Source: Fonticula alba ATCC 38817
Lineage: Eukaryota; Protista; Nucleariida
Length of the DNA: 64,000 nucleotides
NCBI GenBank assembly: GCA_000388065.2
Contig: KB932206.1
Direction: 5' to 3' (one strand)
Part shown: positions 23,200 through 34,497 of the stretch, piece after piece
How positions within the stretch are numbered: position 1 is the stretch's first letter
Layout: every line of letters starts with the position of its first letter
Notes under the pieces: generated by a model
What the model was told of the DNA's origin: nothing
Database searches by the model: none
Seen by the model: only the letters and a program-made list of their open reading frames with translations
Position numbers and translations under genes: made by a program

Positions 23200-25065
23200 A
23201 TGCTTGCCACTGGTCAGTTTCTCCGCCGCACCGTTCCGCCGCTGTGTTACCCGTCCTTCCTCGCGGGCACGCCCCGATCCTACGTGCGCCCGCTGGCTCC
23301 TTGGAGGATGATTAGTTCGGTCCCCTCGCCCCATGGCTCGGGCGAGGTGTCACTCTCGGGTCCAGAGCCAACCCCCTCACCGCTTTTCACCGATCCCTTG
23401 GTCCGGGGAAATCACCGCCTACTGGAGGAGCGCATTCGATCCGCTTTCCCGCCCCCGGCGCCGGGGCTCTTCCCACTGCCAGCGCAAGCCGAAAGTGCGT
23501 CCTCACAGCCCCTGTGTCCTGGGCTTCCACTCCACCACCCGGGCGGCCTCTGATTCGCCCTTTGCCTCCCTCCCCCTCCCTCCCCCTCTCTCTCCCCTCC
23601 TTCCCCCGTTCCCCTCGTGTCCTGCTGCTCATGTCTCTTGGGGCTGCCTGGCAGGGCGGCGCGAGGCTTCGGTATTGATGCTGCTCGCCTACGCCAGCGA
23701 CGTGGGGTATGTCAATGGCAATGAGTTTGGGGATGGCCGCGGCTACGCGCCGGACGAAGACCCGCTGGTGGTGCTGCTCACCCGGCGATCGGAGCGCTTA
23801 CGCATCAACCCCGGTGACTCAGGTGCGTCCACTCGGGCCCCTTTTGTCTCCTTCCTCTTGGCCCCTCTGGCCGGTTGGATTAACCCCCGCTCTGGCAGCC
23901 TTCCCCGGGGGTCGCGTCGATTCCACCGACTTGAGCTACTTGTCGGCCTCCCTGGTGCGTGAGCCCTTCTTGTCGGCTGTGGAATGCCTGTCCATCTTCT
24001 CTCCCTGCCCCCCCCCCCCCCCCGCTCTTGCTCCTTCTCCCTTTCTGACGCTGCTCCCTTGCCGGTGGTGTTCAGCGTGAAGCCGAGGAAGAGATCTCCC
24101 TCCCCCGGCCGGAAATTGAACGGAACATTTGCACCTGCCAAGAAAGCACCAACGGCGACTGCTCTTGCCTTGTCATCGCGCGCCAGGTGCCCTTCGTGCA
24201 TCACTGGCTTTCGTCTGTGAACGTGTCGACGCAAGTTCTGTATGTTCGGCCAAAGCGGGAGTCGGCCGGGGCCGACGAGTCGGCCGCGGCTTTCTGGCGG
24301 AGCCTGCAGTACGACGAAACCGCCACGCCGGAGACCGACCCACGCTTTAATCCCGACGAGGTGAGCGCCACCTTCTGGATCCCGCTGCGGGTGTTCCTTG
24401 TGCGTGTGCACCTGGCCAAGTGTCTCGCCTGCATGCATGTCATTGCCCCCGCCCCTGCTGATCTCACGCTTTTCACCCCCCCCCGCCCCCCCCGGTTGCC
24501 CCGGTTCTCGGCCTCGCAGGATTCTCCGGAAAAGTTCTCCCCTGAGCGTTTCTGGCGGCGCTCCTTTCCCGAGAGCCTGGTCGGCCCGCCGCGACGTATC
24601 CGACTTCCCGAAGAGGTACCAGCCGAGGGCGCCGCCTCGGCCAGGTCCAGCAAAGTTGAGCGGGCGCATGTCATCGACAGCATGATCCGGAACCTGCCGG
24701 CCGACACCGTGTCAGATGTTGCCGCCGCGTACAATGCCCTGCGGCAGCCGCCGACCCCCCTGCCACCCTCGGCCGACACGGACACCGAAGCGGAATCGGA
24801 CGCGGCGGCCATCATTGCATCCGCTTCCTCCCTCCCCGGGGGGAGCCTTGACCCAGGCGAGTACTCCATGCAATCCTACGACTTTTATTCGTCCCGGTCG
24901 GGAAATGTTGTCTGGGGCTTCACATTGCTGCTGCTCCGGACAATCGGGTCGGTGATTTCCGGCCTGCCGAGTGCCGACAACACTCCACAGGCCCGGCAGG
25001 TGACCAGGTGGATTTCCTCAGGCAAGACGGAAAGCCCCCCGCGGGCTGCCCGGGCGCCGCTCTGA
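23200..25065 (+). CDS. Nudix hydrolase, CoA-diphosphatase (NUDT7/NUDT8/Pcd1) type, probably mitochondrial
   Basis: Four exons. LLTRRSERLRINPGDSAFPGG (UPF0035-type motif) is followed by the Nudix box GGRVDSTDLSYLSASLREAEEEISL, which spans an intron. Later FNPDEVSATFWIPL and VVWGFT. The Arg/hydroxyl-rich N-terminus resembles a mitochondrial presequence. Confidence 0.9.
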
Positions 25066-25691
25066 GCCCCCCCCCCCCCCCCCTCCAGCAGCATCCCCTC
25101 TCGCTGAATATATTTCTTGACATATGCATTTCCATACAGGTGCATTTGGATCGCCCATGTCTTGCCTGTGTGCCCTCCGGCGGGAGCCCCTGTGTGTTTG
25201 GGGAAGTGGAAATACATCTCGGAATACACATGTATATGTGGCGCCCGCCGACAACGGCAGCCCCCGGAGGAGAGGGGCATCCCCTGCACACATGAACACC
25301 AATCCCGGTCCAAGGCAAGTTTTTTTTTTCACTCGCCAGCCCCCCTCTCTGCGTTCTCCTCTTCCTGCCATATATGTGGGTTCTTCCTCTCGTGCTGCCA
25401 CATCGCCGTCACGGCAGCCCCCCTCCGCGGTGGTCGGGCGCCCCCCCCCCCCCACCCCCCCCCCCCCGAAAGCTCATGTCTTTTTTTTGGGGGGGAGGGA
25501 CAAGGGGAGCTTTTTTTTTTTTGCAGGAGTCTATTGTAATTGGACGCATGCGGGTGTGCTCTTCGGATGGCAAAAGGCAACAACCCTGCGCATTGTGGAT
25601 CCTCCCTCTTCCTCGATCCTCCTACGCCTGGCGGCGTGTCACACCCACGGCAGGCACAGCGGGGAGCGGGGAAATGGGGAGGAGAAGGCCC

Positions 25692-27440
25692 TCATCGCCG
25701 TGGGGAGCGCGGAGACGGTTCCGGCGAGGATGGATCGTCTGCCGAGGCAAAGCTTCCCCGGCGACCAGTCGGCGATCCGGGACTCAGAATGGCCGGCATG
25801 GCCTCGATGTCCAGCCAGCCGCGCCACATGGTCAAATCCAGCGGGCGGTTGTGCTGGTACAGGGTGGAAAGGGATTCGTGGAGGGTGTGCTGCTCGCGGG
25901 AGGGGGACATCGGGCTGCCTGGCTCGTGGCCGGCCACCAGCGAGGCGGCCAGGGTGGGGGAGGAGCCGCCTCCCGGGCCCTGGGCACCGGGGCTTTCCCC
26001 CACAGTGGGGGGCGGCCCGAAGCGCTGTTGAACCACCGTGCGGATGCGCTCCTGGCGCACATCGCGAAGGTAGTCTGTCCCTAGCTGCAGCAGGCGACCG
26101 ATCGGCCCGGCAGACCCGGCGTTCTGGTTGTAGATGGGGCTGGGTTGGGACTCGAAAAGGCGGGTCATCTGCATGTGCGGGCCGTCGCCGGCGGTGGCCG
26201 CTGTCAGGGCACTTCGGCCGGGCTGCTGAAGAGGCGAGATCTTTTCCTCGAGGAAGCAATCACCCCCGGGAGCATGGCCACCGGCCGACGGGGACCCGGG
26301 GATCAAGATGCTCAGCAGGGTTTGTCGCTTCTCGGGGGAGGGGGCGGCCGGGGGGGCCAGGTTTCCGGCGCCCTCGGGGCCATCCGCCAGGCCGGCGGCT
26401 CGCTGATTGGCCGAGTTGGACATGCGCTTGGTCCAGGAGAAGACACCGGGCGAAGGGTCGCCAGGCCCCGGGGCCGTGGTGGCTGTCGCGCCGGGGGGGA
26501 GAGCCCGCGGCGAGGCCCGGCCCGGGGTCGAGCCGACGCCCGAGTGCGGGAAGTACAGCGAAGGGAAGGCCCCGGGCGAGGGGGGAATGGCCGCGGCCAG
26601 GCTATCCTTGCTTGGCGGCAGGCCCCCAGGCCCCGGAGCCGAGTCCAAAGCCGGGGGGCCCTGGTGGCTGCCATCGCCGCCGGCCGCGCCACCCGCGGCA
26701 TCGGTACTCAACAGGGCCCCGGGCAGACCGGCCCCGGGAGGGAGAGAATGCCGGCGCGATCGGGCCAGCCATCCACGCAGACCGCTGCCAGCGGGCGCGG
26801 ACGTGGTGTTCGGGCTGGTGCCAGGTCCGGCCGCCGCGGCAGGGCCCGAGGCGGCGGCCACAGCGGCAGCCGTGGCAGCTGCCATGGCCTTCTGCTCGCC
26901 GAAGGGCCCCCGCATGGGCCGAGTGCACTCTTGCACCGGGATCATCGAGGAGTTGATGTCCAGCAGCAGGCCACGGTAACTCCGGCAGGGGGCCGGGCCT
27001 TGTTCGACCACGGCGCGAAGGATGGCGCGCTGCTGGGCCGCGGTCAGTGGCACGTCGGCTGGCGGGGTAACCATCAGGGCCCGCGGCCCGGGGGCCAGCT
27101 GGCGGCTCGGATGCGGGGGGAGCGGCCGCTCCGGCGTCAGGGCAAAGAAGGCATCCGCCCAACGGGCGATGGCGGACTGTGTCGGGGCCGGCGCGTGGCC
27201 GGGGCCATCAGCCGGCGGGCTGGCCGGCCTGTTGTGTCCAACTGCGCCGCCAACATCGACGGAGTGCAGCTCTGCCGGCGTGGGCGACTCCAGCACCTGG
27301 TTGTCGGCCGCCAGCTGGCGTGACTGCATGTCCGCCGGGAGGGAGACTGATCGGGCCCGCGGGCCGATTGCCGCCGAGCCGGTCTGCTGGGTGGCCGGCA
27401 ATCGGTCCGCAGAGTCAGCCTCATCCGAATGCTCGGCCAT
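25692..27440 (-). CDS. Hypothetical protein, apparently single-exon, largely disordered
   Basis: About 582 uninterrupted codons from ATG 27440 to the stop at 25692. Globular-looking islands: QQRAILRAVVEQGPAPCRSYRGLLLDINSSMIPVQEC, LLQLGTDYLRDVRQERIRTVVQQRF and LSTLYQHNRPLDLTMWRGWLDIEAM. No family recognised. Confidence 0.72.
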   Translation of the reverse strand: MAEHSDEADSADRLPATQQTGSAAIGPRARSVSLPADMQSRQLAADNQVLESPTPAELHSVDVGGAVGHNRPASPPADGPGHAPAPTQSAIARWADAFFALTPERPLPPHPSRQLAPGPRALMVTPPADVPLTAAQQRAILRAVVEQGPAPCRSYRGLLLDINSSMIPVQECTRPMRGPFGEQKAMAAATAAAVAAASGPAAAAGPGTSPNTTSAPAGSGLRGWLARSRRHSLPPGAGLPGALLSTDAAGGAAGGDGSHQGPPALDSAPGPGGLPPSKDSLAAAIPPSPGAFPSLYFPHSGVGSTPGRASPRALPPGATATTAPGPGDPSPGVFSWTKRMSNSANQRAAGLADGPEGAGNLAPPAAPSPEKRQTLLSILIPGSPSAGGHAPGGDCFLEEKISPLQQPGRSALTAATAGDGPHMQMTRLFESQPSPIYNQNAGSAGPIGRLLQLGTDYLRDVRQERIRTVVQQRFGPPPTVGESPGAQGPGGGSSPTLAASLVAGHEPGSPMSPSREQHTLHESLSTLYQHNRPLDLTMWRGWLDIEAMPAILSPGSPTGRRGSFASADDPSSPEPSPRSPRR

Positions 27441-29527
27441 TGGCGGTGGCGGCGGCGGCGACGCACTCGGCGCCACGTGCGGCTGTCGTTGGAGAGGCAG
27501 TGGCGGGGCAATCTGCATCCTTCGGGAACNNNNNNNNNNNNNNNNNNGGGCGGGGAGCAAATGGCGAGGGAAGATGGCGAAGGTTCAAGCGGGCTGGCCC
27601 CGCCGTGGCGACCCATAAATGTGACCCGGGGCGAAGGTCCCGGAGGGCGGTGGGGCGTGTGAGACGTTTGACCAGCCGGGGCCAGCGGAGGCCCCACCGA
27701 TCGGGAGGAGACCTGGGCGGCGCCGAATGTGCCCGGGGAAGGGCGCCGCGTTTGTCGGGCAATCGGGGGGGGGGGGGGGGCACGCCCGCGCCCGCGCGCG
27801 AATGTGCACATGCAAGGGTGCATGTGTGGCGCGGGTGGCACGGGCATGGAGAGGGAAGGGCGCAGCAGCGGGGATGGACATGTCCCGGGCCAATGGTCGC
27901 CTGGGGGTCTCTGCCTCGCTCACGCGCCGGGGTGCCTCCCGCGAGGCGGGGGGGGGGGGGGGGGGGGGGGGCGGGGCAGAGATCAACGCGCTGGCCAAAG
28001 GAGCCTGTCGGAGAAAGCCCAGCCTGCTGATCACCCCCGGTAAGGTGTAGAGATGCCCGGGCTGATCGGTTGTGATTTTTTTTGCCGCTCGAAGCGCCTA
28101 CGAATCCCCCCCCCCCCCACGAAGGCAAGGGTGATGATGAGGCGCCGATCGGCCGGGCCCAGGGGCCGATCCGGGGCCGTGCCGGGATGAACTATCTCTC
28201 CGAAGTGGCCGGAGGGTCGATCGGCTGGGCCCCTGCGCTGATGATGAGCTCTTCACGGAATCCTGCATGTCCTCGAAGCCCGGGGTCACCTTCGGTCAAC
28301 CGTGCCCCGAACGTCTGGCCCCGCGTTCTGAGGTGCCGCCTGCGCTGCCCGGCTGCGCCGTGCTGAAACGCGTGCGAAAGGCCGGACGGCGGGGCGGGGC
28401 GGGGCGCAGATAGGACGCCCTCGATCCGGTCGGGAGGCGTGGTATCTCGCTTGATTTTCGCCCACCGAGCTCGGAGACCCGCGCACCCGGCGCACACATA
28501 TCCACCCCCATCCGCATGTCGTATTCCCCCGCCCCCCGCCCCAGACTCCGGTATGTGCGATAGCCGGGGGGGGGCGGGGGGGGGGGCGAGGGAGCCTTGA
28601 GAGCTGGGGGCGGGGCGCCAGGAGGCCCTGCTACCGGTGACCGTGGTGCGCACGCAATCGGCGCCGGACCGCCCCAATGGCGCACTGGTGCACCGGCATA
28701 CGGCATTCGGCAACGGGGGCGCAGGGGCGTGGGGGGGGGGGGGGGGGGCATTACCAAACCAAATCTCCCCGCAGAGGACGAAATATTCCCCCCGCCCCGC
28801 CGAGCATGGCCCGGGCCCGGGAATAGACCGGCGCGTATGTGACACAACCAGCCCCTGGCAGCCGAAGCGGACCTCTCCAGCTCGGGCCTTCCTGTAATGG
28901 AATCCACTGGCGGTGCCTGGACACGGGCCCTTTTCTTCCGGGCGAGGCCCGGCCGCGCCGCCTTGGCCCCGCCCTGGTGCCGGCCGGTGCCCAGGGACAT
29001 CCGCGCGCGGGCCGTGTGCGCCGCCCAGCCCCCCGCACCGAGCCAGCCTGCCCTTGGGCATGGGGACTGGGCCTTTCGGCACGCGCGCGTCCCGCCCCCT
29101 TGGGCGTCAAAGCAGCCAGACGGTGTTTTCTCGGCCGGGGGAGGTTCCCCCCAAGGCGCCGCGCCCGCCCCCCCCCCCCCGGCTCCGGCCCCCGGGCTCG
29201 GGCCAGCATATCACTCATGGTGGAGCGCGGGCGCCCGGCTCCCTGGACAGTGCACCAAACCTGGGGCCCGGATTTTCCGTGGGCAGTCTCGCGAAGGCAC
29301 AGCGATCCACGCCCGCGATACGCTGCCAACGGACGAATATTATTAACTTCAGGAGGCCACCAGCCCGCGGGCCGGGCCCCTTCGAACAATGTTAACGCAA
29401 AGGTGACGACCGGACGGCCTGGAGTGCAGTTGAATTTAGTATGTCGAATGCATGGAATGTGGAGAATGGTCCACAGAGAGCCCGGGCCGCCACGTGTTCC
29501 GTGGGGGGCACATGCCGCGGGGCCGGC

Positions 29528-29832
29528 TCACCAATCGAACTTCAGGTTGGTCCGCAGCGCCGAGGCGCTGATGGTGGTGGCCCTTCCACTCAGGTCGACC
29601 GGAGTGATGGACAAGGGGCCGGTGTCGTAGACGGCTAAGTGTCAGGGAGCGAGTCGCGAAAGTGAGGATCACCCGGAGAGGTCATGATGGTTGAGGGGGA
29701 GGAAAAAAAGGCGGGTCAGCGAGGGCATGCGATCAGGCAGGTGGGATGCAGAGCGGGCGATGGCTGGCGCCGGCGTCGCAGGCAACCGAGCAATTTGGGT
29801 GCCCAGCGGCGGCCGGACCCAGGGACGGCGGC

Positions 29833-29899
<67 letters not shown>

Positions 29900-32800
29900 T
29901 AAATACGTGCCCTTGATATTCCCCTCACGCTCGATCTGCGAGTAGAACTGCTTGGCCGACGAGTGCATGGAGCTGAAGGCGAAGGGCTCGGCGGAATCGG
30001 AGTTCGCGACATCGACATTCTGCAGCTTGTCGTAGTTGGCGCCGCCGGCCTTGCGCAGCAGGTCCAGCACCAGCTCATGGTTGAAGTCCTCCGGCTGGTT
30101 GGCGATGACCTCGATGTGGTGGAACTACGGGCCACATATATGGGGGAGAGGAGGGTGAGAGACTGACAAAGGCCCGGGGCCGAGCCGGGAGTCGACGGAT
30201 GAGGGGGGCAAATGGCCGGCCCATCTCTCGACGCACCGTGATGTACTCCTTGGTGATGAGAGCCGTGTCCTGGACGGTCTTGGCACGCTGCATCGGCGAG
30301 ATGGACTCGCCGACCAGGCGCAGGAGCACATGCTTGATGCGCTTCTCCGCCCTGGGGGAGAGGAAGAGCCGGGGGCATTGGCCATCCGAGGTAAGCAGGG
30401 CACATGGCAAGGGGTGTCAGCCAAAATGGGTCCCAGCGAACAGGCAAAAGCAGGGCTGGCCAGGGGCCGGGACAGCAGGCGGAATGTACGCACCCGATGT
30501 GGGTCCGAAGGTAGCCATAGAAGACCTCGTTGTCACGGAAGTAGGGGACAATCTCGTCGGTGTTGCCGGCGCCGGTGGCCACCACCACCGGGGCGCCGGT
30601 CTTCATGCTGAGCAGGACCCAAGACACACTCGGGTCGTCGCCCTGGAAGACCTTGCGGATGTAGGTCACGGCGTCGAGGTCGGTGGCCGTGGGAGCCGGA
30701 GCCGAGGAGGGGACACCAGCAGCAGGCTTGGCGGCCGGGGCGACGGGCTTGGCGGCCGGGGCGGGAACAGAGGCCGGAGCAGGGGCAGAGGTGGCGGGCT
30801 GGGTGGCGGTGGAGACCGGGGCGGCGGAGGCCTTTGCCTTCGGCGAGAAGATGCCGACATCGTTGTCCTCCTCGTCGGAGGAGGACCAAACGAGGGCAGC
30901 GCTGGCGACAGGCGGCCGATCACGCAGCCAACTGGGCCGAGCAGTGGCCTGCTCGGTCGGCTTGGATGGCGAAGGAGCGGCAACAGGCTTGGCCGGCTCG
31001 ACAGGCTTGACCGGGGCAGTTGGCTCGACAGGCTTGACCGGGGCAACAGGCTTGACCGGCTCAACAGGCTTGACCGGCTCGACCGGGGCGACAGGCTTGG
31101 CTGGCTCAACAGGCTTGACCGGCTCGACCGGGGCGACAGGCTCGACAGGCTTCACAGGCTCGACAGGCTTGACCGGGGCAACAGGCTCGACAGGCTTGAC
31201 CGGGGCAGCAGGCTCGACAGGCTTGACCGGGGCAACAGGCTCGACAGGNNNNNNNNNNCAGGCTCGACAGGCTTGACCGGGGCAACAGGCTCGACAGGCT
31301 TCACAGGCGCAACAGGCTTCACGGACACGGCAGGCTTCGCGGACACAACAGGCTTCGGCGGGACCGGCTTCTTCTGGGCCACGGGCTTCGGGGGCGCCGG
31401 CTTGTCGTGGGTAACACGCGGCTGGGCAGCTGCCGCAACAGGGACCTCAGCCACATCCGGAATGGCAACATCCACAACCGGCGCCTCTTCCAGCTGGTCA
31501 TCCGAGTCGGTCAGGCTGCTAACATCCGAACCCAGGTCACCGTCAGACAAGTCGGCAGGCTCACTCTCAGAGGACTCCGCCACGAAGGTGGCCACCGGAC
31601 GCCGGGGACCGACCGGGCGCTGGGCAGCCGTAGAAGCAGCTGGCCGATCAGCCGGAGAAGATGCCTGGGCATGGGAGACAAGATGAGAAGCGAGGGGGAG
31701 GCGGAGGGAGGTGGGGGTGAGCGAGTGGGCGAAAAAAAAAAAGAAGAAAGAATCGAAAAAGGTGGCATCAAGTGAACAGGGAGCAAACACACCGCGAGAA
31801 CCGAGCTCGTGGACTGCTTGAGGGCCGGCTTGTACTCGCTGGCGAGAGAGAGCTTTTGCGGGGCCGAGGCCAAGGTCGGCTCCGGCTCCGGCTCCGGCTC
31901 CGGAACAGGCACCGGAGTAGCAGCGGCGGGGACAGGGGCGGCAGAAGCAACAGGGGCGGCGGCCGGCGCAGCGGGGGACTTCGCCTCGCGGGCGAGTTCC
32001 TCAGCGGCCTTGAGCAGTCCGCGGCGATGCCCAGGGCTCAGGGCCGATGCCGGCGGCAAAGCATCCAAATCCGCCTCCAGCAGGAAGCGCAAAGTGTACA
32101 GCGAGTCAAAGCCAAGCTCAGACAGGGCCGGCAGCGTGCGCTCCAGACCGCGCTCCGACAACCAAGCGGCCAGCTCGGCCTGCGAGTCGGACAGGATCTT
32201 GCCAGACTTGGCTGAAGGTGGGCGCATTCGGGAGGCTGTCAGAGCAGGGCAACCGGGCGGAGGAGGTGCCGGAGCAGCAAAGTGGCAAGAGGGTCGCGCA
32301 TGCAGGCGCACAATTGGAAAGGCTGTCGCTCAGATCGGACAGCTGCTTGTAGTTGGCGGAGGCCACTTCGCGGGCGGTCATCTCGGCGACATTGCGCGCG
32401 GCCGCCTGGACACCCTCGGTCACACGCAGCTCGAAGGCCGCCATGTCCGACTCGACCAGGTCCGCATGTCGACGCACCTCCTTGAAAAGGAGCTGCTCCA
32501 GGCGGGCCTCGATCACGGACAGGTGCGCCTCGAGGTCCTCCGGCCGGACAACGTCCAGGGTGAACTGCCCATCGGGGGTGGTCGGGAGTGTGAGGGAGGG
32601 CCCGGGGAGGGGAAGGGTGGACGGCAGGCCGCCAAAAGAAACAGCAGCAACAACAGCAACAGCAACGACAACTGCACGTACGGTCTCAATTTGGCTGCGC
32701 AAGGAGTCGGTGTCGGCACGAATGCTGGCCAGCTGCTGGCTCAGCTTGTCCGCATGGGCGGTGGTTTTCTTATCTGCAGGCAGGGATGGCCAGTGGTTAG

Positions 32801-33566
32801 GCACGGGCAGAGGGAGCAGGCGGCGAAAGAGGAGCGGCGCGGGAGGGGGGGGGAAGGAGACAAACCGATCAACTGCTCGAACTCATTGCGCATCTGCTCG
32901 GATGCTCCGTGCAGGGCAAAATACTTGGCGCTGACATCGTCAATCTCGGCCTTGTGGGTCTGGGCGGCGGGGGGGGGGNNNNNNNNNNGGGGGGGTAGAA
33001 GCGTCAGGCACGTGGGTCAGAAGGGAGCCAAAGCATGGCAGATGATTCCGAGCGCGAGGCGCACCTCCAAAAGGGAAGAGCAAGTGGCCAGCTTGACATT
33101 GATCTCCTCCAGCTGGGCATCCTGCGCGGCATGGTGGGTTCGAGCAAATCAGGAGGGGGGGAGAGAGAGAGGAGGGAGAGATGGAGAGGTCAGACCCACG
33201 CCCGGATGACAGGGCAGCAGGGTGATCGGAGGAATGCGGAGGCGGGGGAGTGGAGAGCACGGCGCGCCGGGCCCCAGTCCGGACCATCTGGGCATTCTTC
33301 TTCTTCAGCGACGGCCGCAGGGTGCCACGCAGCCAATCCTTCACGTCGTCAATCTCACCGGCGATGGTGGCCACCTGGGGCTTGAGCTCATCGATCTCGG
33401 CGCAGAGTTCATTCAAACGAGCCGACTTGGAGAAGCCCTGCTCTGACCCTCGGGCCGGGGCGCCTGCGGAGCGGGAGTTAGTGCAAGAGCCGGGAGGAAA
33501 GCGCAGGCAGCATGGCGGGGAATGACAAAGGGGCCACAGGGGGGACACACTCGAATTGGCACTCAT
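29528..33566 (-). CDS. Coiled-coil + SAM + Pro/Val/Lys/Glu repeat + coactosin-type ADF-H domain protein
   Basis: About 11 exons joined by manual splicing. Coiled coil ([27 protein letters not shown]...), SAM ([39 protein letters not shown]...GHRRGLLKA), PVK/PVE/PVA repeats, and ADF-H ([18 protein letters not shown]...[12 protein letters not shown]...[21 protein letters not shown]...[11 protein letters not shown]). The start is uncertain because a gap lies just upstream. Confidence 0.82.
29835..29899. repeat. (CAG/CTG)n trinucleotide repeat, intronic
   Basis: About 20 cag units inside the last intron of the SAM/ADF-H gene. The poly-Q and poly-C ORFs across it are spurious. Confidence 0.9.
30982..31350 (-). 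repeat. Coding 9-nt tandem repeat encoding P-V-[K/E/A] tripeptides
   Basis: Recurring acaggcttg/accggggca/acaggctcg units translate to [14 protein letters not shown]... The array is interrupted by a short N-gap at about 31248-31258. Confidence 0.92.
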
Positions 33567-34497
33567 GGTGGGAGAAGGGACAAATGGGCCTGTTGGGGGN
33601 NNNNNNNNNNNNNNNNNNNNNNNNNNNNNNNNNNNNNNNNNNNNNNNNNNNNNNNNNNNNNNNNNNNNNNNNNNNNNNNNNNNNNNNNNNNNNNNNNNNN
33701 NNNNNNNNNNNNNNNNNNNNNNNNNNNNNNNNNNNNNNNNNNNNNNNNNNNNNNNNNNNNNNNNNNNNNNNNNNNNNNNNNNNNNNNNNNNNNNNNNNNN
33801 NNNNNNNNNNNNNNNNNNNNNNNNNNNNNNNNNNNNNNNNNNNNNNNNNNNNNNCCCCCCCCCCCCCCCCCTTGCCGCCCCCGGGAAAGGGGTCACGGCA
33901 GTTCGCGCCCCAGTGCGTGGAAAAATAAACATTCCCCACCGCCCCCCTGCCCGGCTGCCCGGCGGGCCCCGGTCGTGAGCGACCTGCACAACCCGGGGCG
34001 GAACAAAGAGGCACATGTATGCTCGAGTATCAGCATCGCCCGAGTCCAGGTGCCAATGTACGCACCCTCTATCGCGTGATCTTGTCGGACAAGGCGAAAA
34101 CAACAACACTGGGTGCATCTCGCGCACCCGCGGTGCTTTTCCCTTCGGGCGCCTCCCTCGGGTCGGGGCGCTCGGGCGCTGGGGCGGCCCCCGGGCGCTG
34201 CCTGGGAATCCCCCCCTTGCACGATCCGGTCGCCGGGCCTGTCGCCTCCCCGCCGGCCTGCCGGCCCGGCCCGGCCCGGCCCGGCCCCTCCTGCCCCCTT
34301 TGGCTGGGTGTGGCCGAGGCTGAAGGCCCACCGGTGCGAGGTCCCAGGCGGCGGTGCCCCGTCTGCCACCGACCCTCGCCCCTGGCATCCCCCCCCCCCC
34401 CCCCCAGCCGCCTGCCCCCTCTTTCTGTCTTTTGCTCCCTCTGTCCTCGACGCGGCTCGACAACCCCGCCTCGCCTCGCCCTCCCCGCGCTCGCGCC

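Noticed and set aside
28131-28241. Possible C/D-box snoRNA (GTGATGA ... CTGA, about 110 nt)
   Set aside because: There is no terminal stem and no recognisable rRNA-complementary guide, and such short boxes arise by chance. An Infernal or snoscan search would be needed.
31208-31298. Apparent frameshift in the PVx repeat of the SAM/ADF-H gene
   Set aside because: About 40 nt are duplicated on both sides of the N-gap. Merging them restores the frame, so it is an assembly artefact.
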